In this document: in pieces, positions 47,838-58,700 of the stretch | Layout: each line of letters begins with the position of its first letter | How positions within the stretch are numbered: position 1 is the first letter of the stretch | From: an uncultured Chloroflexia bacterium | GTDB lineage: Bacteria; Chloroflexota; Limnocylindria; Limnocylindrales; CSP1-4 | Direction: 5' to 3' | DNA length: 64,000 nucleotides | NCBI GenBank assembly: GCA_963707215.1 | Contig: CAVPPB010000003.1 | Span: 1,504,001-1,568,000 of the forward strand | Translations under genes and position numbers: made by a program | The notes under the pieces: generated by a model | What the model was told of the DNA's origin: nothing | Databases searched by the model: none | The model's input: the letters and a program-made list of their open reading frames with translations, nothing else

Positions 47838-48833
47838 GTGCGCGAGCTGGAGATGGAGCCGGCGGATGGCGTGCCGCCGGAGCGGATCGCCATCGGGATC
47901 GACATCGGAGGGAGCGGCATCAAGGCCTCGGCCGTCGACGTCGGGACCGGCTCGCTGGTCGGTGTGCGGCTCCGCGTCGCGACGCCCGACCCTTCGACGC
48001 CGGAGGCCTGCATCGCGTCGATCGGCCGGCTGGTCAAGCGGATCGTCAAGGCGACGCCGGCCGCCTCTCTGGGCCCGATCGGTATCGGCGTCCCCACGGT
48101 CGTCGTCGATGGGGTCACCCGAACAGCCGCCAACATCGACCCGGGCTGGACCGACTTCCCGGCCGATGCCGCGTTCGAGGCCGCCCTGAAGCGGCCGGTC
48201 CACGTCGTCAACGACGCCGACGCCGCCGGTGTGGCCGAGATGCGCTTCGGTGCCGGCGCGGGGCACGGCGGCAGCGTCCTGGTCCTGACCCTCGGCACGG
48301 GGACCGGATCGGCCCTCTTCATCGACGGCCGGCTCGTTCCGAACACCGAGCTCGGGCACATGGAGATCCGCGGGAAGCACGCGGAGTGGCGCTCGGCGGC
48401 GAACGCCCGGATCCGACGCGGCCTCTCGTGGAAGGCCTGGGCCGCCGACCTCGACGAGCATCTCCTCGCCATCGATCGCATCCTGACGCCGTCGCTCATC
48501 ATCCTGGGTGGCGGGGTCAGCAAGCGGGCCGACCGCTTCCTCGAGCGCCTGACGGTGCCCGTGCCGGTCATCCCGGCCGCCCTGCGCAACGACGCCGGGA
48601 TGGTCGGTGCGGCGATGCTCGCCCTCGAGGCGACCCCGAGGAGGGACGACGGGGGCACCGACGCCGAGATCGAGGTCGAAGCCGCGGAGGCCGCGGTCGA
48701 AGCCGCGGAGGCCGAGGACCCAGCGGACGTCGAGCCGGGCGAGGTCATCACGGACGCCGGGCCGGGGCTCGAGCCAGCGGCACCCGACCAGGAACCGGAC
48801 GGGCCGGACGAGCCGATCGCCCCCGTGTCCTGA
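47838..48833 (+). CDS. ppgK: Polyphosphate glucokinase (ROK family)
   Basis: [61 protein letters not shown]; acidic C-terminal tail. Confidence 0.88.
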   Translation: MRELEMEPADGVPPERIAIGIDIGGSGIKASAVDVGTGSLVGVRLRVATPDPSTPEACIASIGRLVKRIVKATPAASLGPIGIGVPTVVVDGVTRTAANIDPGWTDFPADAAFEAALKRPVHVVNDADAAGVAEMRFGAGAGHGGSVLVLTLGTGTGSALFIDGRLVPNTELGHMEIRGKHAEWRSAANARIRRGLSWKAWAADLDEHLLAIDRILTPSLIILGGGVSKRADRFLERLTVPVPVIPAALRNDAGMVGAAMLALEATPRRDDGGTDAEIEVEAAEAAVEAAEAEDPADVEPGEVITDAGPGLEPAAPDQEPDGPDEPIAPVS

Positions 48834-48888
48834 CGCGCCTGACTGTCGTGTCCGGGGCGCAGCGACGGTCTGCCATGATTGACGGACC

Positions 48889-50649
48889 GTGCCGCCGTTC
48901 GACCTGACCCTCGACGTCCACGGGCCGCTCGGGTTCATCCTCGACCTGGGGGCCGCGGTCGTGGCCGCCCTCATCGGCGGGGCGATCGCCGTCCGGCTGC
49001 GCCAGCCGGCCGTGGTGGGCTACATCCTGGCCGGCGTCGCGATCGGTCCGTTCACGCCGGGCTTCGCGGGCGACGTCGAGGAGATCGCCGTCCTCGCCGA
49101 GGTCGGGATCGTCCTGCTCCTCTTCGCGCTCGGCGTCCAGTTCTCGATCCGGGAGCTGGCCCGCGTCCGTCGCGTCGCCGTCCCCGGTGCCATCGCCCAG
49201 ATCCTGGGGACCGCTGCGATCGGAGCCGTGGCGGCGTTCGGGCTGGGCGTGGAGCCACGGGCCGCGCTGGTTCTCGGCGCCTGCCTGTCGATCTCGTCGA
49301 CGATCGTCGTCCTCAAGCTGCTGATCGAACGGGGCGAGCTCGACAGTCTCCACGGCCGGACGGCGATCGGCTGGATGATCGTCCAGGACATCGCGACGAT
49401 CGTCTTCATCGTCTCCCTGCCGCCCCTGGCCGGCGCCGACCCCGTCGCTCCCCTGCTGGGTGCGCTCGCGAGCGCGGCGATCTTCCTGGCCCTCGCCTAC
49501 ATCCTCGGCACCCGCCTGCTGCCGTGGGTCTTCACCGCCGTCGCTCGGCTCCGGTCACAGGAGCTCTTCCTGCTGGCAGTGGTCGGGACGGCCCTGGCCA
49601 CGGCCTTCCTGTCCAGCGCCGTGTTCGGCCTGTCCCTGGCGCTCGGGGCATTCGTCGCCGGCCTGCTGGTGTCGGAGTCGGAGGTCTCCTACCAGGCGGC
49701 CGCCGAGGTCATCCCGTTCCGTGACCTGTTCGCCGTCCTCTTCTTCGTCTCGGTCGGCATGCTCGTCGATCCGGCTGCCCTCGCCGCCCAGGCGCCGACC
49801 GTGGTCCTGCTCGTCGTCATCGCAGTGGTCGTGAAGGGTGCGATGTCGGCCGGTCTCGCCCGTGCCCTCGGCCTGCCGACGAGATCCGCGCTGCTCCTGG
49901 GCGGCCTGGTAGCCAACGTCGGCGAGTTCAGCTTCATCCTGGCCCAGAACGCGCTCGACGAGGGACTCTTCGACACGGCGTCGTACAACCTCGTCCTGGG
50001 CACCGCCGTCGTGACGATCGTCCTGAGCCCGTTCGTGGTCCGCGGATCCGGACTGATCGTGCGGCGTTGGGAGGCCCGGGTCGCCTCCCGAGCGGTCGCC
50101 GCACCTGACCCCCCGGTGCCCGGCGTCGCCCCGGAGTCCCGCGGCGAGCGCGAGGGGCATCACGATCCGGCGACCGGGCGCGCGCCGGTCGTCGTCCTGG
50201 GGGCGGGGCGCGTCGGTCGGGTGGTCGTCCGGGCGGTGCGGAACCGCGGTCTGCGGTGCATCGTGATCGATCGCGACCAACGGCGGCTCGAGGAGGTCTC
50301 CAGGCTGGGAGCCGCGACCCTCTACGGCGACGCGGCCAGCCCGGAGATCCTGGCCCGGGCCGAGCTTGATCGGGCCAGGGTCCTCGTCGTCGCCGTCGGC
50401 GACCCGCTGACGACGCGACTCGCCGTCGAGCGTGCCCGTGCGATCAACCCGAACCTGCAGATCTCGGCTCGGGCGCGTGGGCGACGCGAGATCGACCAGC
50501 TGGGCGCTGTCGGCGTGCGGCGGGTCGCCGACCCCGAGGCCGAGGTGGCCTTCGAGCTGACCCGCCAGGCCCTCCAGCGGATGGGCGTCTCCGGCCCCGA
50601 GCTGTCGGGCATCCTGGTCGGGCTGCGCCGGGACGTCTACGGACAGTAG
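48889..50649 (+). CDS. CPA2 cation:proton antiporter with TrkA-N domain (YbaL/KefB-like)
   Basis: About 12 TM helices; SISSTIVVLK, QDIA, LGAFVAG, PFRDLF; C-terminal GAGRVG...YGDA. Confidence 0.92.
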   Translation: MPPFDLTLDVHGPLGFILDLGAAVVAALIGGAIAVRLRQPAVVGYILAGVAIGPFTPGFAGDVEEIAVLAEVGIVLLLFALGVQFSIRELARVRRVAVPGAIAQILGTAAIGAVAAFGLGVEPRAALVLGACLSISSTIVVLKLLIERGELDSLHGRTAIGWMIVQDIATIVFIVSLPPLAGADPVAPLLGALASAAIFLALAYILGTRLLPWVFTAVARLRSQELFLLAVVGTALATAFLSSAVFGLSLALGAFVAGLLVSESEVSYQAAAEVIPFRDLFAVLFFVSVGMLVDPAALAAQAPTVVLLVVIAVVVKGAMSAGLARALGLPTRSALLLGGLVANVGEFSFILAQNALDEGLFDTASYNLVLGTAVVTIVLSPFVVRGSGLIVRRWEARVASRAVAAPDPPVPGVAPESRGEREGHHDPATGRAPVVVLGAGRVGRVVVRAVRNRGLRCIVIDRDQRRLEEVSRLGAATLYGDAASPEILARAELDRARVLVVAVGDPLTTRLAVERARAINPNLQISARARGRREIDQLGAVGVRRVADPEAEVAFELTRQALQRMGVSGPELSGILVGLRRDVYGQ

Positions 50650-50674
50650 ACGACGCCGCGCTCGTGGCTGACGC

Positions 50675-53296
50675 CTAGGGGAGCGGCGTAGGAACACCCT
50701 CGGCGCTGGGTCCCGGCGAGGATGACGGCGACGGGGCGGCGCTCGGGGCCGGGCTCGAGGGTGACGGTTCTGACGACGGGCTCGGGGACGGCGATGGGCT
50801 GGGGACCGCCGACTGGGAGGGCGAGGGCGGCGGACTCGGGCGAGGCGGGGGACCGGCCGAGACGACCAGGGTGACGGTGGTCCCGGTCGATACCCGGGCC
50901 CCGGCGGCCGGGCTCGTCGACACCACGGATCCACTCGGAACGACCAGATCCTCGACGCGGGTCGTGCCGCCGACACGCAGGCCAGCCGACGTCAGCGCGA
51001 CCACGGCCTCGGCCTCGGACAGGCCAGCGACGTCGGGGATCTCCACGATCTCCCGGCCGGTCGAGACCGCGGGCAGGATCGTGGCCCCGGCCGCGACCAC
51101 CGCCCCCGCAGCCGGCGTCTGGGCGACGACGGTGCCCTCGGGTCGCGCGGTGGTCGAGATGAACGTCGGCTCGCCGAGGACGAGGCCCCGAGCCTCGGCA
51201 GACTGCCGGGCCCGCTCGAGCGGCAGGCCGACGAGGTTCGGGACCACCACCTCCCCGGCAGGCGGTCGAGGACCGGCGTCGCCGGAGCCGACGAGCAGGG
51301 CCACGGCGAGGACCCCGACCACGGCGACGCCTCCCACGACGACGAGCCCGGCCGTCCAGCGACGGGGTGGCTCGGGCGGCTCCATCGGTGGACCGGCTCC
51401 CTGGCCCTCCGGCGACCCATCGGCTTCGACGACCTCCGGTCGAGAGTCGGCCGCGACCAGGGTCTCGCCCCCCTCCGGCCCGAGATCCGACGATCCCCCA
51501 TCCGCTCCGGCCGAGGACGGAGTCACGACAGCGTGGACCCCGACGCCGGCCGCCGCGACGGCAGCCATGATCGTCCGCCGGACCTCGGGCCCCTGACCGA
51601 TCAGCCGACCCAGCCCATACTGACGGAGCAGGTCGCGCAAGGTCCCGGTCGGCCGGGCGATGAGCAACCGGACCTCGCGCCGGTCGAGCTCGTCAGCGAG
51701 CTGCTCGAGGGCACCCGCGGCCGTCAGGTCGAGGTCGACGATCCCGGCCGCGTCTAGGACGACCGTCCGGACGTCCGGCCGCTCGGCGAGGATCCCGCGG
51801 ATGCGATCGCGCAATGCCGTCGCGGTCGCGAAGAAGAGCGGACCGGAGAACCGCACGACGGCGATCCCGGCGATCCTCCGTGCCCGGGTCGTCCGCTCGA
51901 TGTCAGCGAACTCGTCGGAGCCGGGCAGCCGGCCGAGCTCGGCGATCCGGGGCCGCGCCGATCGCCGGAACACGTTGACTGCGGCGAGCGCGACTGCCAC
52001 GACCACGCCGGCGAGGGTCCCGTAGAGGATCACGCCGAGGGCCGCGGTGAGGGCGATGATCCCCTCTGCCCGCTGGAGGCGCCAGATCCGGATGATCCCG
52101 GCTGGTGAGAGCAGCTTCAGCACGGCCGCCACGATGACCGCCCCGAGAGCGGGGATCGGCAGGGACGTGAGGAACGGAGCCAGGAGCAGCAGCACCGCGA
52201 CGAGGCCGCCGGCCGCGACGATGCCGGTCAGCTGGCTGTTGGAGCCGGCCGCCAGGGCCGCCGAGGTGCGGGATGGGCTCGAGCCGATCGGGTAGCCGCT
52301 CGTCAGACTTGCCCCGAGGTCCGCGGCCGACAGGGCGACCAGCTCGCGGTTCGCGTCGATCTCCTCGCCAGGTCGGGCGAAGTTCCGTCCCGTCGCCGCC
52401 GTGTCGGCGAAGCTGAGGATGGCGATGCCGAGGGCGGCCGGCAGCAGGGCGATCGCCTCCTCGACGGAGACCAGTGGGAGGCTGATGGGCGGCAGACCCG
52501 ACGGCACCGGACCCAGGACCTGGACCCCGCGCGCTGGCAGGTCCAGGGCCACGCTGGCGACCAGGGCCACGATGAGCGCCGGAAGGGCGATCGGCACCCC
52601 GGGTAGCAGCCGATCGCCGGCGACGACCGCAGTAAGGACCAGCGCGGCCACGATCACCGACGGCCAGCTGATCGAGATGTCGGCGACCGCCAGGACCAGG
52701 CTCTGGAAGACCACGCCGGGACCGATCGATGTGACGTCGGTCCCGCTGAGGACGGCCAGGATCTCGGCCAGCGGGTCCGCCCCGAGCATCTTCGGGATCT
52801 GGCCGAGCGCGACGCTGACCCCGACGCCCGTCATGTAGCCGACCAGGATGGGCCGGGAGAGGAACTCGGCGAGGAATCCCAGCGAGGCGAGCCGCATGGC
52901 GACGAAGATCAGGGCCACGAGGAGCGCCAGCGCGGCGGCGATCTGCATCCGTTCGTCGGCAGCCACGGCGAGCGGGGTGATGGCAGCGCCGACCAGGGCT
53001 GCGGTGGCGGCATCCGGGCCGACGATCAGGCGGCGTGACGAACCGAAGATCGCGTAGGCGAAGAGCGGGATGAGCGAGGCGTAGAGGCCAGCCTCGGGGG
53101 GCAGGCCGGCGACCTGGGCGTAGCCGATGCTGAGCGGGACGATGAGCGCAGCGACGGTGGCCCCGGCGACGAGATCGCCACGCAGCGACTCGCGTCGGTA
53201 GCCCCGGAGCGTCCACGCGAGCGGAGGCCCGCCGATCGTCAGCTGAGCCACGACCCGGTCGGTGGCGGCGCGGACCCGCTGCAGGGCGCTGGTCAT
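50675..53296 (-). CDS. SulP anion transporter plus STAS domain, fused to a TM helix and two PASTA domains
   Basis: DLVAGATV...P.SIGYAQVAGLPP.AGLY, FGSSR, GPDA, NRELVA; STAS RFSGPLFFA...DLTA; VPNLVG...GTVVAQTPAAG and IPDVAG...GSVVSTSPAAG...LVVSAG. Confidence 0.88.
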   Translation of the reverse strand: MTSALQRVRAATDRVVAQLTIGGPPLAWTLRGYRRESLRGDLVAGATVAALIVPLSIGYAQVAGLPPEAGLYASLIPLFAYAIFGSSRRLIVGPDAATAALVGAAITPLAVAADERMQIAAALALLVALIFVAMRLASLGFLAEFLSRPILVGYMTGVGVSVALGQIPKMLGADPLAEILAVLSGTDVTSIGPGVVFQSLVLAVADISISWPSVIVAALVLTAVVAGDRLLPGVPIALPALIVALVASVALDLPARGVQVLGPVPSGLPPISLPLVSVEEAIALLPAALGIAILSFADTAATGRNFARPGEEIDANRELVALSAADLGASLTSGYPIGSSPSRTSAALAAGSNSQLTGIVAAGGLVAVLLLLAPFLTSLPIPALGAVIVAAVLKLLSPAGIIRIWRLQRAEGIIALTAALGVILYGTLAGVVVAVALAAVNVFRRSARPRIAELGRLPGSDEFADIERTTRARRIAGIAVVRFSGPLFFATATALRDRIRGILAERPDVRTVVLDAAGIVDLDLTAAGALEQLADELDRREVRLLIARPTGTLRDLLRQYGLGRLIGQGPEVRRTIMAAVAAAGVGVHAVVTPSSAGADGGSSDLGPEGGETLVAADSRPEVVEADGSPEGQGAGPPMEPPEPPRRWTAGLVVVGGVAVVGVLAVALLVGSGDAGPRPPAGEVVVPNLVGLPLERARQSAEARGLVLGEPTFISTTARPEGTVVAQTPAAGAVVAAGATILPAVSTGREIVEIPDVAGLSEAEAVVALTSAGLRVGGTTRVEDLVVPSGSVVSTSPAAGARVSTGTTVTLVVSAGPPPRPSPPPSPSQSAVPSPSPSPSPSSEPSPSSPAPSAAPSPSSSPGPSAEGVPTPLP

Positions 53297-53328
53297 CGGG
53301 CGCGGGCCGCTGCGCTGCCTCTGGGCAC
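53293..53328 (-). CDS. 11-aa uORF coupled to the SulP gene
   Basis: SD GAGGGAG 7 nt before GTG; VPRGSAAARAR*; TGA overlaps ATG 53296, which lacks its own SD. Confidence 0.35.
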   Translation of the reverse strand: MPRGSAAARAR

Positions 53329-53615
53329 TCGGCGACTCCCTCGACGTCTGCGGACCCAAGCTCCACGTGGGCCGGTCCCGGGTCCACCGGCGGCACGGAT
53401 GGTCCCGCGATTGTAGGGGTCGCCATGCCGGTCGGGCGGATCAGGCCGGATCGGACGATCATCGGACCCGACGGCACAGTTGGGCGGAGCGTCCCCGGCG
53501 GGCCGCTCCGCCCGGGAGAAGTGCATGGCGGTCGTGGACCCGCGGAGGTCCTCGTCCAAGGAGGAGGAGCGGGTGAGGGATCGTCGAGGGCCGAATCGGC
53601 GGCGGGGCGGCCCGA

Positions 53616-54350
53616 CTAGACCCTTGGGTGCAGCTCCGGGTGGCGTCGATGGACCCAGTCCCGGATGGCCCACGTCGTCGTCTTGAAGGCGATGCCATCC
53701 CACGGGATCGCCTCCGGTCGGAACGGCCGGACCTCGAGTGCCTCGGGCGTCGTCGTTGCCACCCCGCCGACGATCCGGGCCTCGAAGGCGAGGACGACGA
53801 TCGCCGCCTCCAGGCGCGAGTAGAGGCCCACGATCTCACCCGGCTCGACGACCAGGCCGGTCTCCTCGAGGGTCTCGCGGATGGCCGCCTCGGTCACCGT
53901 CTCGTCCACCTCCAGGAACCCGCCCGGCTGCGCCCATGAGCCGAGGCCGGGCTCGATCCCCCGCCGGATGAGGACCAGCTCGCCGGTCTCGGTGACCGGC
54001 AGGGTCGTCACGACCAGGCGCGGGTTGACGTAGGCGACGAGGCCGCACGACGCACAGGCCAGCCGGTCGCGGTCCTCTCCCTCCACGGGACCGAGCGTCA
54101 GGGTCGTCCCACACCGGGTGCAGTGGTTCATCGTCGCCTCGATCCAGCGCGGCGCGCCAAGGCCGGAGGCGACGTCGGTGGAGCGGGCGTCGGGGCCCCG
54201 GCCGATGGTCTCGACGAGCCGGCGGGCCTCCGCCTGGCGCTCTTCCTCGTCGAGTTCGGCGGCCAGCTCCGGATCGATGGGACGGCCGTCGCGATCGCGC
54301 GGACCGAAGGGGTCGCGGCGGCGGTCGCCGGCGCCGGATCGCTCGCTCAT
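53616..54350 (-). CDS. NUDIX hydrolase with N-terminal zinc ribbon
   Basis: HCTRCG...CASCG..YVNP; Nudix box GGFLEVDETVTEAAIRETLEETG. Confidence 0.9.
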   Translation of the reverse strand: MSERSGAGDRRRDPFGPRDRDGRPIDPELAAELDEEERQAEARRLVETIGRGPDARSTDVASGLGAPRWIEATMNHCTRCGTTLTLGPVEGEDRDRLACASCGLVAYVNPRLVVTTLPVTETGELVLIRRGIEPGLGSWAQPGGFLEVDETVTEAAIRETLEETGLVVEPGEIVGLYSRLEAAIVVLAFEARIVGGVATTTPEALEVRPFRPEAIPWDGIAFKTTTWAIRDWVHRRHPELHPRV

Positions 54351-54808
54351 GCCGACAGCACCGCGACGGTGAAGACGACGGCGATCGACAGGATCGTCAG
54401 CGTCGCGACGACCCAGGCCAGGCGGAACGCACCCTTGACCCGGTCCACCGGCATCCAGGCCCAGGCCGAACGCCATATGCGGAGCGTGGCGTCGAGGGTC
54501 GTGATCATCAGCAGCGGCGCGCCGATGACGACGCAGAGCTTGATGAGGGGGCTGCCGAGGGGGACACCGAGCTCGAGCGCGGTGATGGCGACCGCGCCGC
54601 AGACGAGCGCGATGACCGACAGGTTGATGTAGTGCCGCTGGAGCGGCGTCGGCTTCGTCTCCGGGACCGAGCGGGGCGGCAGCCCCTGGAGGCTCGGGGG
54701 CACGACCGGCTCGCGGACGGCCTGGCGATCGAGCACGGGCATGCCCGGCTCCCAGCGTGGGTCGTCCATGCCGGCCGGAGGACGCTCGGGCGTCGACGTC
54801 CGCTCCAT
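54347..54808 (-). CDS. Hypothetical membrane protein (3 TM)
   Basis: Three hydrophobic segments; TACACT -10 upstream; ATGA overlap with the NUDIX gene. Confidence 0.7.
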   Translation of the reverse strand: MERTSTPERPPAGMDDPRWEPGMPVLDRQAVREPVVPPSLQGLPPRSVPETKPTPLQRHYINLSVIALVCGAVAITALELGVPLGSPLIKLCVVIGAPLLMITTLDATLRIWRSAWAWMPVDRVKGAFRLAWVVATLTILSIAVVFTVAVLSA

Positions 54809-54869
54809 CGTCCCCCGAGTGTAGTCGCCCGGGACGACCGGTTCTCAGACACGACCGACCACGGCGCCG

Positions 54870-55397
54870 TCAGGCGAGCGGCTCGGCGTTGCTTGGATCG
54901 GCCAGGACCGCCTCGGTCTGGCGGGCGCGGTAGGCCGCGAGACGGTCGGCCAGCCCCGGATCGGAGAGGGCCAGGATCGATGCCGCCAGCAGGGCGGCAT
55001 TCGTGGCGTTGCCGATGGCGACCGTCGCCACGGGGATGCCACGCGGCATCTGGACGATGCTGAGCAGCGAGTCAAGGCCCCGCAGCTGCTCGGTCGGGAT
55101 CGGCACGCCGATGACCGGCAGCTGGGTCTTCGCCGCCAGCATCCCAGGCAGATGGGCCGCCCCGCCGGCGCCGGCGACGATCACCCGGATGCCCCGGTGG
55201 GCGGCCGTCTCCGCGTAGCGGAACAGGTGGTCCGGCGTCCGATGCGCCGAGACGACACGCAGCTCGCAGGGGACGCCAAGCTCGTCGAGCACGGCGACGG
55301 CCGTCTCCAGCACCGGGAGATCGGAGCGGCTGCCCCCGACGATGCCGACGAGCGGCGAGCCCGCCGGGGTGGCGTCGGGGTGGGAAGTCTCGGCCAT
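54870..55397 (-). CDS. purE: N5-CAIR mutase
   Basis: [42 protein letters not shown]. Confidence 0.96.
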   Translation of the reverse strand: MAETSHPDATPAGSPLVGIVGGSRSDLPVLETAVAVLDELGVPCELRVVSAHRTPDHLFRYAETAAHRGIRVIVAGAGGAAHLPGMLAAKTQLPVIGVPIPTEQLRGLDSLLSIVQMPRGIPVATVAIGNATNAALLAASILALSDPGLADRLAAYRARQTEAVLADPSNAEPLA

Positions 55398-55738
55398 CGT
55401 CCGATAGTAGCGCTCGCTGCGAGCCTCCTACGCGTCCAGGAGGCGGCGGGAAGCCGGGAAGCCGACCAGGCGACCGCACCGTCCGATCCGGCCCCCGGAC
55501 GTGCGTGGACGAGCATCCGAACGCCTGGGGACGCGATCGGATCAGCTCCGACCTTGCCCCCGAGTCGCCGTAGTGCGGCCCTCGGCGGGATCGGGCAGGA
55601 GACCCGGCGGGCCGAGGTCGCGCCCGGGGCTGGCCGCGGCCGTGCCCGCACCCGGCCACTGCCCGTCGGGGCTGCGGGTTCCCCTCGGGCGGCGTCGTCG
55701 ACTACCCTCTCCGGACACCCGGCGACGAGGAGGAGCGC

Positions 55739-58700
55739 ATGGACTGTCCCAGCTGCGGCGCCGACAACCGTCCCGAGCGCAAGTTCTGCGCCTCGTGCGG
55801 GTCCGCGCTGGGCTGGCACTGCGCGTCGTGCGGCGCGAGCAACCTGCCCGACGAGCGGTTCTGCGGCGAGTGCGGGACCCGACGGCCCGATGCCGGGGCA
55901 TCCCCCACGCCCGGTCCTGCGAATGCCGCCGCCGCGTCGCCCGGTCCGGGGAGCCGTCCGCAGGTCGCCCCGTCGGCAGGCGAGCGCCGCCTCGTGAGCG
56001 TCCTGTTCGCCGACCTCGTGGGCTTCACCTCGCTCTCGGGCGAGCTCGACATCGAGGCCGTGCGCGACCTCCAGTCGGCCTATTTCGACGCCTCCCGCAC
56101 CGTGATCGAGCGGTATGGCGGCACCGTCGAGAAGTTCATCGGCGACGCGGTCATGGCCGTGTGGGGCTATCCGACGGCCCACGAGGACGACGCCGAGCGC
56201 GGGGTGCGGGCTGCCCTCGACGTGGTCGACGCGGTCGCCGCCCTGGGGGAGACGCACCGGATGGGCTCGCTGGCCGCGCGGGCTGCCGTCGCGACCGGCG
56301 AGGCGGCCGTGACCCTCGGCGCCGTCGGCCAGGGGATGGTGACCGGTGACCTGGTCAACACGGCCGCCCGGCTCCAGGGCGCGGCCGAGCCCGGCTCGGT
56401 GATCGTGGACGAGTCGACCCAGCACGCGACCCACCAGGCGATCGCGCTCGAGCGGATCGGGGACCTCACCCTCAAGGGCAAGGACGTCCCGGTCCCGGCG
56501 TGGCGGGCGAGCGCCGTCGTCGCCGGCCGGCGGGGAGCCGGTCGCGGCGAGGGTGTCGAGTCGCCGTTCGTCGGGCGGCGGACCGAGCTGCGCGCCCTCA
56601 AGGACGCGCTGGCGGCTACCTCGGCGGAAGGTCGTGCCCGGCTCGTCGCCATCGTCGGCCAGGCCGGCATCGGCAAGAGCCGGCTCGCCTGGGAGCTGGA
56701 GAAGTACGTCGACGGCGTCAGCGAGACGATCTACTGGCACCGCGGCCGCTCGCCCGCCTACGGCGAGGGGGTCGCCTACTGGGCGCTCGGCGAGATGGTG
56801 CGCGAGCGGGCAGGGATCGCGGAGTCGGACGATGCGGCCGCCAACTCGGCCAAGCTCGACGCGATGCTCGAGCAGTACCTCGACGATCCCACCGAGCGAC
56901 GCTGGCTCCTGCCGCACCTGCGGACCCTGCTCGGCTTCGAGGAGCAGGCGGGCGGCGACCGGACCGAGCAGTTCGCCGCCTGGCGGCGCCTCTTCGAGGC
57001 GATCTCCGAGCGCGGCACGACGGCGCTCGTCTTCGAGGACATCCACTGGGCGGACGACGGCCTGCTCGACTTCATCGACTCGCTCCTGGAGTGGTCACGC
57101 GAGCGCCCGCTGCTGGTCGTGGCCCTTGCCCGGCCGGAGCTCCTGGAGCGACGGCCCGGGTTCGGGACCGCGAGCCGCAACGCCCTCCGGCTGCACCTCG
57201 ATCCACTGACGACCGACGAGATGCGAGAGCTGCTCGGCAACCTGGCGCCGGACCTGCCGGATGCGAGCCTGACCGCCACCCTCGAGCGCGCCGAGGGGAT
57301 CCCGCTCTACGCGATCGAGCTCGTCCGGATGCTGCGCAGCGCAGCCGGCGAGACCGACCAGGTCGTCGACCCGGCCGACCTGGAGATCCCGCCGACGCTC
57401 CAGGCCTTGGTCGGCGCTCGACTCGACGCGCTCGAGGCCGACGACCGGAGCCTCGTCCAGGTGGCAGCCGTCCTGGGCCAGTCGTTCACCCTGCCGGCGC
57501 TCGTCGCCGTGGCCGACCGGCCGGCCGAGGCGCTGGAACCGCGCCTGCGCTCGCTTGTGCGTCGGGAGATCCTCGCCGTCGACGCCGACCCGCGGTCGCC
57601 CGAGCGCGGCCAGTACGGCTTCGTCCAGTCGGTCATCCGCGAGGTCGCCCTCTCGACCCTCTCGCGCCGCGATCGCCGGACCCGCCACCTGGCGGCTGCC
57701 CGCTACTTCGAGTCGCTCGGAGACGAGGAGCTGGCCCCGGTCCTCGCCGCCCACTACCTCGACGCCTATCGAGCCGCCCCGGACGACGAGCAGGGAGCCG
57801 CGATCAAGGCCCAGGCACGGGTCGCCGTCCGAGCGTCCGCCGATCGGGCTGCCCGGCTCCACAACTACGATCAGGCGATCCGCGGGATCGGCGAGGCGCT
57901 CGTCCTGACCGACGACGACGCCGAGCGGGCCGCCCTGCTCCTCCGCCAGGCCGAGCTATCCGAGGCCGGGGCCCGGCTCACCGAAGGTCGGACGATCGCG
58001 GAGCGGGCCCGTGGAGCCTACGAGGCGATCGGCGATGCCCACGGGGTCCTGACGGCCACCGCCCTCATCGGCCGGATCGAGCTGTCCGACGGGCGCATCG
58101 ACGAGGCGACGGCCGCGCTGGAGCGGAGCCTCGAGGGCCTCGACCCGGCTGCCGACCCCGACGTCTACGCCCGGCTGGCCAGCTTGCTCGCCCGCGCCCA
58201 CATGCTGGCCAACCGGTACGCCCCGGGCCTCGAGTGGACCGATCGGGCGCTGGCGGCCGCCGGGCCGATCCGGTTGACCGAGACCATCGCCGACGCGCTC
58301 AACTCCCGGGGGGTCATGCTCCAGGAATCGGGCCGGCTCGACGAGGCCCTCCTGCTGATCCGGGCGGCGATCCAGCTCGCCGCCGATAACCACCACTCGC
58401 ACGCTGAGCTCAGGGCTCGCTACAACCTCGCCGGACGGCTCTTCTCGGACGATCCGCGAGCCAGCTCCGAGGTGATCAACGGCGCTATCGACGTGGCGAC
58501 CCGGACAGGGCGTCGGGACTGGCAGGTGCTCTGTGCGACCTTCGCAGCAGTCATCGACGAATCGATCGGCGAGTGGGACCAGGCACTGCGCACCATCGAC
58601 GATCTTGGCGCAAGAGTGGACCCTTCTTCGCACGAGGTGGACGCCGTCGCCGCCCGTGCGGCCATCGAGGCCCGACGGGGAGATCGGGAGGCCTGGCCAG

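Noticed and set aside
53481-53514. 10-bp GC hairpin (GGGCGGAGCG/CGCTCCGCCC)
   Set aside because: Single copy with no U-tract; plausibly a terminator for the NUDIX operon but no evidence for a repeat family or ncRNA.
55398-55738. Possible ZTP or purine riboswitch upstream of purE
   Set aside because: purE has a -10 six nt from its ATG (leaderless), leaving no 5' UTR, and I could not match the aptamer consensus on that strand.
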